Assembly (NCBI RefSeq): GCF_001194135.2
Contig: NC_068986.1
Location: 76,307,602 to 76,371,601 of the forward strand
Direction: 5' to 3'
Source: Octopus bimaculoides
Taxonomy: Eukaryota
DNA length: 64,000 nucleotides
The notes below the pieces were generated by a model that worked only from the letters and a program-made list of their open reading frames with translations, was not told the DNA's origin and did no database searches. Both the position numbers and the translations under genes were made by a program. Shown here piece by piece: positions 11,595 through 23,605 of this stretch (positions are counted from its first letter, which is position 1; every line of letters begins with the position of its first letter).

Positions 11595-13458
11595 AAAATA
11601 AAGGAAAATTAAAAGAATACTTTGGTAAACCAAGAACAAAACGACCTACAAGAGAAGTATATCAGCCAGGAATAACTCGTCTCAGTCGTCGTACAGAAAA
11701 TAAAGGAGAAGAAAGGTTCAAGAAGTCTACATCTGGAACTGATGGTTTCACATCTGATGATGAGAGTTATCGAGACAGTAAAGACAGCAGCATGGAGAAG
11801 GAGATTGACAGCATTGCTGGTACTTTAAACACGTTCTATGTACATGGCTCAAACTCCTTACCCAGAAAAACCAGTCAACTTGCCTCTCAAGATCCAAGGA
11901 AAACATCAACATTAACCTATAAAAAACCTGAGATTCCTAGGTATATTCCCCGTGCAAAGTTGATTGAGCAGAGCAGTAAAAGTGACACTAAAACTGATGT
12001 TGAACAGAAAGAAATACTCTCTAGTTCTGGCTCTAACCGAAAAGTAGATATTAAACATGATTTAAACAAAATGGTTGTAACTGTTTTAAATGATCAATTA
12101 GAGGGTGGAGGTGGCGGTGGTGGTCAGTCACGTAGAAATAACAGCCAGTTATTAAACTTACAGTTTCACGATAAGGCAGATGGCCATTACAGAGAAGAAG
12201 ACTTTTATCGATCACCGAAACATCGAGGGTCCCTTGATTATTCAAGAGAAAGTGAAGCTGAAGCTCCAATCAGTCCTGGTGCCAGAATGTGTCGCTATAA
12301 ATTTGAAGGAATGCGGAAGAGTATTGATTTTTCAAGAGACGATGACTGTGATTCTGTAAGTAGCCAGAGCCAACGACAATCAAAACGGCGCTCTTATACG
12401 AAAACGAAATGTTATACTTCTCAATATCGACGGCAACGTACTGGCAGTATCAGCAGTGAATTTAGTGCTGCTAGTGATGCTAGCATGGAAGATGTCAATG
12501 GAGGTCAGACTTTTGACTGGGATGAGGATGTTGAGCATCAAATGTCCAAGTCAGTGCATGAAGAACTACGAGAAGGAACTCAGAAAATTCAGCAAATGAC
12601 TGAAGACATGCAGAACATGGATTACTTAGGGAAGCAGCCCAGATGTGGTGTAGTGGAAAATCGTCGTGTACGAACCGAGAGTTCAGGTAGTAATTACAGT
12701 GATCAGCTTTCGCATGTGCGTAGCCGTAAACGAGATCGGCGTAGAAGCTCCAGGCACTCGAAAACTGAAAGTAGAGACTCTAGTATTCAAAGTAACCCAT
12801 CCAAAGAATATGAGCCTGAACGTCCTGGAGAAGGTTCTCGAAAGGGCAAAGGTCGTGGTAGAAGGAAGAAGACCACATATGAGTCTAGTAAAAACAATGA
12901 ACAAGAGAATGACTTAAGAAAACTGGGTATCAAAGTAACATTTGGTAAAAGTGACCGTCAAGTTGAAGTCAACCAAGCTGCTAACGGTAAGTCAGGAGAG
13001 AACAAGAACTCTGAGAAAAGTTCTGCTCCTCGAGGTGGTGGTATAATACACTTACCACATAATGTATCAACTGTGCCAGATCATCAGGGCCACTTTGGTC
13101 CTCAATCTGACACAGTGCAGCCTTCCTTGGCGCCAAGGAACATGCAGTCTCGGCCTAGAGAACAAGGGGGTGAGGCAAAAAAGAAACTCTTTGACCCCAA
13201 AAATCCTAAAAAGCCCATTATTATTAAGAATTCTATATTAAAATTTTACGATACCTATGAGCATTCTGACTCTGTAGATGCTTATCCTCGAAACTTACCT
13301 GTCTTCTATTCTGATTCTAATAATCCTGATGGTACCACTTACCGTGGTAGTCCATCAAGTCCCCATTCAGACCCCTATATTTCACGTTTCCACACACTAC
13401 CTAAGGAAATTGGACTTTCTTCTGATGATATATTTAACCAGGATTCCTGCTACCAAAA
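11595..13458 (+). CDS. SMG6: SMG6 exon 2 (1864 bp): low-complexity, Ser/Arg/Glu-rich disordered N-terminal region with EJC-binding motifs
   Basis: Lies within the 636-aa ORF 11552-13462. Acceptor ttttcag| at 11594 and donor AA|GTAAGT at 13459 (phase 2). Motifs KRPTREVYQPG, RGGGIIHLP and KKLFDPKNP match human RRPDLEIYKPG, RGRGILILP and RRLWDPNNP (from memory). Confidence 0.92.
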
Positions 13459-16349
13459 GTAAGTATAAGTTACTTCAATTATATTGTTATGCCTATTTTT
13501 CTCTATCATCTGTCTCTCTCTCTCTATATATATATATATACATACACACACACACACACATGCACACACAGAGATAATTGGGTTTTTTTTTTCTTTTATT
13601 TTTTTTACCTAACATACTTTGTATTTCATCTTCGCTACAATATCCAATTTTTTCTATGCTGGTATAAGTTGAATAGATCTGCTTTACAGCACATCACTAC
13701 TCTTCTTACTTCCTTGTTATTTTGTCTGCCAGACCAAACATCCTTAGACCTGACTTCCCTCATTCTGTCTTTTTCTTCCATTTAGACTTCTCACTGATAG
13801 TACTTGTCACTTTTTCACCCAGCACTCTTCATTAGATTCATTATCTTCGTCATTTAATATCTGTATTCCATGCTGGAATGAGTTGGAAGCCTGAAAGCTG
13901 TGTTGGTTTCCAACGTCTACTTTAGCATGGTTTCTTCACCCTTCTTAATGCCAACTACTTTACAGTGTACTGGGTGCTTTTATTTCATGACACCAGTATT
14001 AGTGAGGTCACCAAGTAAATCACAAAACAAGACCCTTTGACAGTAAGGATGCAGTATTGAGGGAAGTGGCTTTGTGCTGGGTATTGAGAGGCTAAAGTAT
14101 GAAAGACGGACAGGAGCTAGTGCCTTGCTTCAGAGCCGATACATGGAAAGAGAGGTAGAATGGTGGAGAGCAGGTACCAGGGCATACCCTCAAGGAACAA
14201 GAAGGTAGATGATCAAGGATGACTGGGTATGGAAGTAGGTTTTTGAGAATATGAAAGAAGAGTGACAGACGGTAGAGATTAAGACAGAAGGGAAAGCAGT
14301 GAATGGTGAACATGGATAGTGGAAAGGGCAATGGTAAGTCTCAGTTTGGGGGGATGTAAGGAAAATAGGAGTGGGTCATGGAGGAGGAGGTGAGGATAAG
14401 TGGTAATACATAAAAAAAAGTAGAGGTCAATTAAGATAGTTACCACCACCCTGCTCCAGTATTTCTGATGATATTTTATTGACCCTGAGAGGATGAAAGA
14501 CAAAAATCGACCTTGGCAAGATTCAGACTCGAGATGTAATTAAATACTACAAAGTCCAACATTCCATTGATACTTAAAAAGAAAAACGAAAAACAATAGT
14601 ATTGAAAACAAAGCCTGTTTTCAAGTTCTCTATGAGCTAAAAGCAGTTGTCAGTAATTAGATATTAAAAAAATTATAGAAATAATTGTGGCAGAGCCATT
14701 ATAGTAATTTGAAAATTGTTTCAAAAGTGTAAAATTCAATTTCCATTTATTTTTTGAGATTTCTGTGAACAGGTAGCAATGTTGTGATGAAAAATTTGAC
14801 ATCTCATAAAATAAAGTGAATTTTACAGTGTATGGGTTTTTTGATGGTTAAAATGGCTCTTCTGCAATGGAATTACTTCAGTCACATGCTAGACAAGTAC
14901 AGCTCCAAAATATAGCGAGAATATTGTTAATCTTGATATCCAGCAATTCTGTATTATTTTTCACTGAGAATAGTTTAACGACACAACACATTTTTGTCAA
15001 CTTTACACAAATTATTGTTCTAGATAGGATTTTTATATACTTAGTCAATGTCAAGACAAGAGACCATGGAACCAGTTATGCCACAGCTGAGGAAGATCAC
15101 ATTAACTGCCAAACTAGTAATATTGGGGCTGCTGGACTTGTGTCCCTCTCATATTCATCTTGTACCATGAGGGTAAGCCCCATTGACTGTCTGTCTCTCT
15201 ATGTGACTAAGGAAGTCATGTACCCACTTCTTCAGTAAGACATCTGTCCCAGGCCTTCTATCATACTTTTACTTCCTTCACTACTATACTCCACTGAGTT
15301 GAGAGAGCTTGTCTTGTGAGTACTTGGTGATGCCATTAATGCTGGTGCTACAAATAACTACTACATTCTGCAAGTGATTTGTGTTAGGAAGGGCATCCAG
15401 CTGTAAAAATTATGCCAAAAGAGATATTAGACTTGATGCAGTCCTCTGGCTTATCTGTTCCAGTCGAACCATCTAACCCATTCCATCCAGTATAGAAAAA
15501 GGGACATTAAATGATTATGATGAACATAGCACACAGATAATTAAATCAGATTAAATGTCATTATAGTATGTGGAACTCAAAGTGATGATGAGACGAACAA
15601 CATAATCTTACTAGCATCATTGGTTCCATGGCATTGACCAAATATATAAAAATTCTATTTAGAACAACTGTTGGTGTAAAGTTGTCAAAAAAGAGTGATT
15701 AAATTCTAAAAAATATAAGGAGGGTATTTCAAAGACATTTTGTCAGATTGGTTCTAAAATCCATGTGATTTTTTTTTTATTGTTGTTATGTATAACTTTT
15801 AAAAATTTCCTATCTCTGAAGATTAACATGATCCAGTTTGGAAAAATAAATATTGATATGTATGAATGGAGATTAGTGTTATAATTGCAGAGATGAAACA
15901 GTTAAATATATTGAATTACTTACTATAATCACGTTTTCAAAGCTAGTCATTCGCCTTGTAGTATTTAACTCAATTCACTGAACTAAATGGAAATATAGCT
16001 ATCATAGTAACATAAAACACATTGGCTGTGAAGTACCAGACAATTGACTGTTTTGCTACAGTTACAGTTACTCTTTTCATTGGTTCACATTTACATACAA
16101 TTGTCTACTATATAAAAAAAATTCATTCTTGTCTAAGTTTTTGATCATACATTCCACCCATGCTAAGAAAATGAGTGCAGAATATTAGTATTGTGTGATT
16201 AAGAAGTTCCCTTTTTAAACTACATGATTTCCAGTTCAGTCCTGCAATGCAGCACTTTGAGTAGGTGTCTTCTGCTATAGTCCTGGATCAACCCATTCCA
16301 TTTGAGTGAATTTGATTGTTGGCGACTGTACTAAGCCCAACATATTTGC

Positions 16350-16381
<32 letters not shown>

Positions 16382-16744
16382 ATAAAGAATAGGTGAGAGC
16401 TAGATATGTTCAATATAGAAAACACATGATTGTGCTCAAATGAATTTGTACTTAAACTCCAAATTCTTTATTCAGGGCAAGGTCCATAGCATCAAGAATG
16501 AACATAAGGGAAATCCAAATCAAACTCTTATGGAGGAAGTAATACAGATGAACATAGGCTTGATTATGTATTTTTTGTGCTCCATGCATATATATATATA
16601 TATGTGTATCTTCATCATCATCTAACGTCCGCTTCCCATGCTGGCATGGGTTACACAGTTTGACTGGAACCAGTGAACTGGAGAACTGCACCAGGTTCTA
16701 GTCTGATTTGGCATGGTTTCTACTGCTGGATGCCCTTCCTAATA

Positions 16745-16786
<42 letters not shown>

Positions 16787-17123
16787 CACACACACACACT
16801 TGAAGGTGCATGGCCTAGTGGTTAAGCTGTTACACTCATGACGGCTAAGTTATGGGTTCAGTTCCCTGATTGGGCAACACCTTGTGTTCTTGGACAAAAC
16901 ACTTTATTTCACATTGCTCCAGTCCCCCTTTCAATCAGGGGAGAAGGGGAGAATGTTCGCCTGCTCACCTAGCCAGTAGGGTGGCGTCATTTGAAGGCTA
17001 AAACAATGCAAAGTGCATCGTGACCAGCGATGTATGACAACACCTGGTAGCCTGGTCGGTCACATGACCATATGTATAATATATATATATATATATAAAT
17101 AAAGCCTAACTATGTTTATCTGC

Positions 17124-17499
17124 GTTGTTGTTGTTGGCACTCCGTCGCTTACGACGTCGAGGGTCCCAGTTGATCTGATCAACGGAACAGCCTGCTCGTG
17201 AAATTAACGTGCAAGTGGTTGAGCACTCCACAGACACGTGTGTCCTTAACGTAGTTCTCGGGGATATTCAGCGTGACACAGTGTGACAAGGCTGACCCTT
17301 TGAATTACAGGCACAACAGAAACAGGAAGTAAGAGTGAGAGAAAGTTGTGGTGAAAGAGTACAGCAGGGTTCGCCACCATCCCCTGCTGGAGTCTCGTGG
17401 AGCTTTAGGTGTTTTCGCTCAATAAACACTCACAACGCCCGGTCTGGGAATCGAAACCGCGAGACCGCTGCCCCAGCCACTGGGCCATTGCGCCACCAC
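17124..17499 (-). mobile_element. Young tRNA-derived SINE (family A), full length, 8-bp TSD
   Basis: A/B-box head (TGGCCCAGTGG...GTTTCGATTCC on the minus strand) and (CAA)n tail. TSD TTATCTGC at 17116-17123 and 17500-17507. Confidence 0.88.
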
Positions 17500-17934
17500 T
17501 TATCTGCATTACTACTGCCATATCAACTTAATTTGGATTTCTCTTATGGCCCCTCTTGGTACTGTGGGCTTTGCCCTGGATAAGAATTTGGAGTTTAAGT
17601 TTGAATACATTTCAGCATTATTATATGTGTGTATGTCTGTATGAAACTATTTCTTCATTTTCTGAAAAGCAACATTTTGGACTCTCAATATTTTTGCATA
17701 ATAGCAACTATATATGTGTGTATGTGTGTGTGAAAAACCTGTATGACAATTAATGGAAAGAACAAAAGATAAACTTGGATAAATCCATATTGTCAGCCAG
17801 GTTTTTATCTGGAATCATTACAATTCTAACACTGGAAAGTGTTAGGGTAAGAAACAAAACAAGATCAAATCTTATGGTTGAGAACACATAGGGTGGAGAT
17901 GTAAAGCTGGGCGGTGGGGGACCTGGACAAACAA

Positions 17935-18300
17935 TTTTATCTTGTTTTAGTCATTGGTCTACACTCATACTGGGGCACTGCTTTGAATGGATATTAGTCC
18001 AACAAATATACTCCAGTACTTCTTTAAAGTCTGGTACTTAGTCCATTAGTCTCTTTTGCTGAAGCACTAAGTTATAGGGGCATTAACAAACCATTATCAG
18101 TTGTCAAGCAGTAGAGGAACTGATACAAACACCAAGACACACAAGATGGGTTTCTTTCTACAAAATCCACCCACAAGGCTTTGGTTAGTCTGGAGCTGTA
18201 GTGAAAGACATTTTGCCTAGGTGTCACACAGTAGTACTGAATCTGAAACCATGTGGTTGGGAAGCAAACCTCTTGCAACAGAGCCTTGCCTGTGCCCACA
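17935..18300 (-). mobile_element. tRNA-derived SINE (family B), diverged
   Basis: Similar to 33668-34115 and 39192-39595. Confidence 0.65.
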
Positions 18301-20089
18301 AAGTATTAAAGAGAAAGGTGTCATTTGACTTGAGATAGAAACAAACAGAAAGGATGGTTGCATAGAAGGAAATTAAAAAGAAAAAAACTTTTGACTAAAT
18401 GCAGTCTAATGCAGAGAGAGAAATATCAAACATATGTGGTTAGTGTGAAGATTGCAAGAAGAAAAAAGGTGATAGGCAGGAGTTGTGGAACCAGCAGGAA
18501 CAGGTTATTTAAAAGGGAGTAGGTGAGGGTGATAGAGAGGGCAAGGCAGTATGAGTCACACTGAGAGAAATAAATCCACTACAATGAAAATTATGACTTT
18601 GTACACTAGCTCTGGGCTGACCAAAGCCTTGTGAGTGTGTCTGGTAGATGGAAACTAAAAGAAGCCCATTGTGTGTACGTGTATGTTTACTTGTCTTGAC
18701 ATTGTGTGTTAGTTGTAAAATGATTGTCACTGTCATACAAACAGTGTCATTCATTTCCAATATTCCTTGAGAACATGTCTGGCCATGGAGAAATGTTTAC
18801 CTTGCTTGGAAACAAGTGAGGGTTTGTGACAGGAAGAGCATCTGGCCATAAAAAATCTGCCTCAGTAAACTGTCTAACCCATACAAGCATGGAAAAATGG
18901 ATGTTAAAATGATGAAAAGAACTAAAGACAGACCAAAGTTTTGGGGATTCTTTTGTCTTGGTGCAGTCAACTTAGCTACTCTAGTACTGGGAGCATATAA
19001 TATATACTCAGTCTGTGTTGTGAAGTAGTTAGTGAGAGAAAAGGCATCCAATCTTCACTTGCTTTCAAACATTGGGCAAGTTATCAAAACAAACGTAAGT
19101 GTGCTGCCTATATAGTAACATTGTTTATGCAACATGCAAACAATGTCAAGACAATGGGAAGACACACGTACACATACAAAACAGGTTCTCTACAGTTTCT
19201 ATCTGTTAGTTCCACCTCACAAGGCACTAGTCAGCCTACCAAGGCTGTAGCAGAAGACAACCTGCCCAGAGTTCCACTGAAGGAGAATGATCTTGAAACT
19301 ATGTAATTGTGAAACAGACTTAACCACAGTCCATGTCTGTATTAATACACACACACACACACACAGTTGCCTTGATACCAAACAGTGCAAGCAAAAATGA
19401 TAAAAAGCAGTACTCAGTACATATGTAAATGTATGTGTGTATGTACACACTCATTCATTACATTTTCATCTGTAGGATACAATCCTCAGGACTAGCTCCA
19501 GCCCAAAAGTACATAAGGCTGTTGATACAGGATGCTTTCTTAATGCTGGGCAGTTATTTCATGGGTTCATTTACAGTGAAACGAAATGTTATATACTTAA
19601 AATATCTCAAATAACTTCTTGCTAGAAAACTCAGCATGTTCACACTATGAACACCATCTTTTGTGTTCCTGTGTTTTATATGTATTCAATATTTCTGGGG
19701 TATTTTTTATTGTCTTTAGTTGTTCTAATCATACATCTCCTGCCCCAACACACATGAATGGGTAGTAGAAATGTTGGATTCAGAGAATCAAATGACATTC
19801 ACAGTAAGATCCCCATTCAGAATCAGCTATCAGTTTATGTAGTAACCAATTACTATGTAGTATAGTATTGCGTGTCTGTGCAATAGAAACCTATGATGCA
19901 TCCGGTGATCTGAGGAATTAGCTTTCTTTATTTGCATCAATTTGTGACTATATAATTGTATAATGCTGAGCTAACCATGTTGTAAACATGTACATATAAT
20001 TTTATATACTGTAATCAAAAAATACTATATGATAAAGCTTATTAAATGGCTGTAATCATATGGCAAAAAATAAGTCTATATTCACCTTT

Positions 20090-20917
20090 CGCATCTCCTC
20101 ACTTTACGTTGTCCCTTTGTATTGATCACACTATTAGATGTTATACGCCACAGTTCACAATGTGCTTCCAGTTGTTTCTTGACTGTGCCATTCTTTTCCA
20201 TCTTGGCCCAAATTGTTTAACTAAATCATATTCCTATCATTGTGGAAGCTTTCTAAGTGGCTTTTTCCAGTCTCTTGATTACCACTCAGCAACTGCACGG
20301 ATCCACCTGTTGTCTGCAACCTTTTGACATGTCCTGTCCAGATCATGATCACTCTGTTCTCAAATTACTTTATTTTGGGTATGCTCTCACAGTGACATTC
20401 CTAGTACAGCTCTTATGGTCCTTTCTGTTGCAGCCAGTCTATGTTCTTCCTCTCTGTATCTTCCGCCTGTATCTTGCTTGTGTATGAAAGTGCAAGTAGG
20501 AATGTGCTGTTGAAGAGACTGGCACATAGGGCTTTGTTAAGCTTTGCTTTGAGCACATCTTTTATTGAAGTAAATACCTATCCTGCTGCCTTCATTCTCA
20601 AGACTTCTAACATCCATGTCTTGATGTATATTCACTGGGTATACGCCAAGTAAATTTACTCCTTTACTTGCTCAATTTCGTTGCTTCCCACCTCTATTCA
20701 CGAAGAGCTGTGTTGCACCTCAACACCTTGCATTTCCAGAGATTTCAGCACTGCATTCATCTCAACACTATCAAAGGCCTTTTCATAGCCACAAAAGCAA
20801 CACACAGAAGCAGCTTGTAATCTTTTGCTCATTGTATAAGCTGTGTTAGAGTGAATATGTGATCCATTGTCCTGTAGTTTTTTATGGAAATGTTTGCCCT
20901 CTTGGTTGCTGGTCATC
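20090..20917 (-). mobile_element. Decayed RTE-type LINE reverse-transcriptase fragment
   Basis: Minus-strand (F)xGYEKAFDSVEMNAVLKSLEMQGV is the non-LTR RT 'DyeKAFDsV' motif. Frameshifts and stops follow. Confidence 0.8.
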
Positions 20918-20958
<41 letters not shown>

Positions 20959-21126
20959 CAACTTGGCACAAACTCAGATCCTGCTTGGTTCAGTGTTCTA
21001 CTAAGTTACATTAACAAACAGTTACTTGGTCAATTGTAGTTTATTTAAACTAATTTCAGTAATAAGTTTGGATGTTTTAAGACTACACACTTAAATATGG
21101 CTTGTTGNNNNNNNNNNNNNNNNNNN

Positions 21127-21184
<58 letters not shown>

Positions 21185-21185
21185 G

Positions 21186-21366
21186 GAGGTGTGAAAGATC
21201 TGGTTGGAAACCCAACCTTCTGAGTTCTTTTACAGGGCTTAGAAAAACTGAAGGACTACTGCAATAAGTGTGTGAATCTGAGAGGGGAACATGTTGAATA
21301 AAATCATAATTAACTGATCTTCCTGTATTTTCTTTTACCATATGCCAGAAACTTTTCAGCCCTCCC

Positions 21367-21370
<4 letters not shown>
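21186..21370 (-). mobile_element. Mariner-derived MITE, partial copy
   Basis: Reverse complement of the core of 59126-59347, with a TIR-like end CCAGAAACTTTTCAGCCCTCCCATA. Confidence 0.7.
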
Positions 21371-21411
<41 letters not shown>

Positions 21412-21421
21412 NNNNNNNNNN

Positions 21422-21457
<36 letters not shown>

Positions 21458-21771
21458 CACATGTACACATACATGTCTGTTTTCCATGTTAGACATTTGA
21501 TGAATATATCTTATTAAGGCATCATTTTACAGCCAGATGCCTATTCTGTCATTTACCCTTCCCAACTTTTCAAGTAAGCAATCTTTTATTCTGCATTCTC
21601 AAAAGTGTAGAGCTAAGCCAGCTGTTGATTTGTAAACAACAGTGACAGCCTTACTATTTTGTAGCTCAGGAACTTTTCATGCAAAGTACACAGGATGTAA
21701 ACATTATGCATAGATGTATAAACACAGACACATGTGCACGTGCACGCATATATATATATATATATATATAA

Positions 21772-22335
21772 CAGGTTTCATACAGTTTCTACCTACTAAA
21801 TCCATGTGAAAAACATTGGTCAGATAAAGATTATAGTTGTAGATATTTGCCGAAGATGCCATACAGTGGGACTGAACCTAAAACCATGTGATTGAAAAGC
21901 AAACTTCACCACTCAGCCATGCCCTCTGCCTTCCTAAGTATATGGCTATGTGGTAAGAAGTTTGCTTCCTAACCAGATGGCTTTGGGTTCAGTCTGAGTG
22001 TGGCACCTTGGGCAAGTGTCTTCTGTAGCCTCAGGCCGACCAAAGGCTTGTGAGTGGATTTGGTAAGCAGAAACTGAAAGAAGCCCATCGTATATGTCTA
22101 TATGAATGTGTTTATGTGTGTGTGTCTGTGTTTGTGCCCCAATCATCGCTTGACAACTTATGTCGGTGTGTTTACATCCCTGTAATGTAGCAGTTTAGCA
22201 AGAGACCAATAGAATAAGTACTAGACTTCTAAATAATAAGTCCTTGGGTTGATTTCTTCAACTAAAAATCCCTTTAAGGTGGTCCTCCAGCATGGCTACA
22301 ATCAAATAACTGAAACAAATGAAAGAATAAAAGAG
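21772..22335. mobile_element. Head-to-head pair of family B SINEs: 21772-21924 on the minus strand (partial) and 21941-22335 on the plus strand
   Basis: Shared tRNA-like head and CTTGGGCAAGTGTCTTCT core in opposite orientations. Confidence 0.7.
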
Positions 22336-22461
22336 TGTGTGTGAGTTTCGAAAATTAGACAGAAGATTGACAAAGGAAAAAACAGAAAATTCACACACAA
22401 AACATGGAAGTGCTTTTTCCTTGTTAGCTATCGACCAAAAAAAGTCATTACAATTTCACAC

Positions 22462-23605
22462 CTTTAACAATCATCATCATCATCATCATCATCGTTTAAC
22501 GTCCGCTTTCCATGCTAGCATGGGTTGGACGATTTGACTGAGGACTGGTGAAACCGGATGGCAACACCAGGCTCCAGTCTGATTTGGCAGAGTTTCTACA
22601 GCTGGATGCCCTTCCTAACGCCAACCACTCAGAGAGTGTAGTGGGTGCTTTTACGTGTCACCCGCACGAAAACGGCCACGCTCGNNNNNNNNNNNNNNNN
22701 NNNNNNNNNNNNNNNNNNNNNNNNNNNNNNNNNNNNNNNNNNNNNNNNNNNNNNNNNNNNNNNNNNNNNNNNNNNNNNNNNNNNNNNNNNNNNNNNNNNN
22801 NNNNNNNNNNNNNNNNNNNNNNNNNNNNNNNNNNNNNNNNNNNNNNNNNNNNNNNNNNNNNNNNNNNNNNNNNNNNNNNNNNNNNNNNNNNNNNNNNNNN
22901 NNNNNNNNNNNNNNNNNNNNNNNNNNNNNNNNNNNNNNNNNNNNNNNNNNNNNNNNNNNNNNNNNNNNNNNNNNNNNNNNNNNNNNNNNNNNNNNNNNNN
23001 NNNNNNNNNNNNNNNNNNNNNNNNNNNNNNNNNNNNNNNNNNNNNNNNNNNNNNNNNNNNNNNNNNNNNNNNNNNNNNNNNNNNNNNNNNNNNNNNNNNN
23101 NNNNNNNNNNNNNNNNNNNNNNNNNNNNNNNNNNNNNNNNNNNNNNNNNNNNNNNNNNNNNNNNNNNNNNNNNNNNNNNNNNNNNNNNNNNNNNNNNNNN
23201 NNNNNNNNNNNNNNNNNNNNNNNNNNNNNNNNNNNNNNNNNNNNNNNNNNNNNNNNNNNNNNNNNNNCCCTTTGTCGCCAGCAGGGGTAAGAGCTCTCTA
23301 AACTTTGCCCAGGCTATTCTTATTCTAGCAGCTACACTTTCAGCGCACCCACCCCCACTACTAACTTGGTCGCCCAGATAGCGGAAGCTATCGACTACCT
23401 CTAGTTTTTCACCCTGGAATGAGATAGAAGTTGTTTCCTGTTTGTTTGCAGTCTTTATTGCACCTGAACATCTGCCACAAACAAAAACTAACTTGCTAGT
23501 TAACCTGCCTTTGATGTTGCTGCACCTCTTATGTGTCCATAGCTTGCACCGGGTACATCTTATAGAGTTACTACCTACTCCTTTTCTACATACTGAGCAG
23601 GGCCA
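22462..23605 (-). mobile_element. Young 5'-truncated RTE LINE: intact ORF2 segment (PHD finger plus RT C-terminus), N gap, then 3' tail (GAT)n
   Basis: Positions 23605 to 23270 read as 112 open codons: WPCSVCRKGVGSNSIRCTRCKLWTHKRCSNIKGRLTSKLVFVCGRC...EVVDSFRYLGDQVSSGGGCAESVAARIRIAWAKFRELLPLLATK. The tail lies at 22462-22684. Confidence 0.88.

Noticed and set aside
14040-14460. Strongly purine-rich tract (similar tract at 61240-61480 with (GGT)n)
   Set aside because: Resembles GA-rich parts of local repeats. There is no specific evidence for function beyond generic G4/triplex potential.
14867-15238. 123-aa ORF in intron 2
   Set aside because: No recognisable motif, composition typical of AT-rich noncoding DNA, and no convincing splice sites.
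22548-23381. Plus-strand 200-277 aa ORFs spanning the long N gap (also ORFs across 43371-43647 and 63603-63833)
   Set aside because: Open only because Ns contain no stops. The real coding signal at 23270-23605 is on the minus strand.
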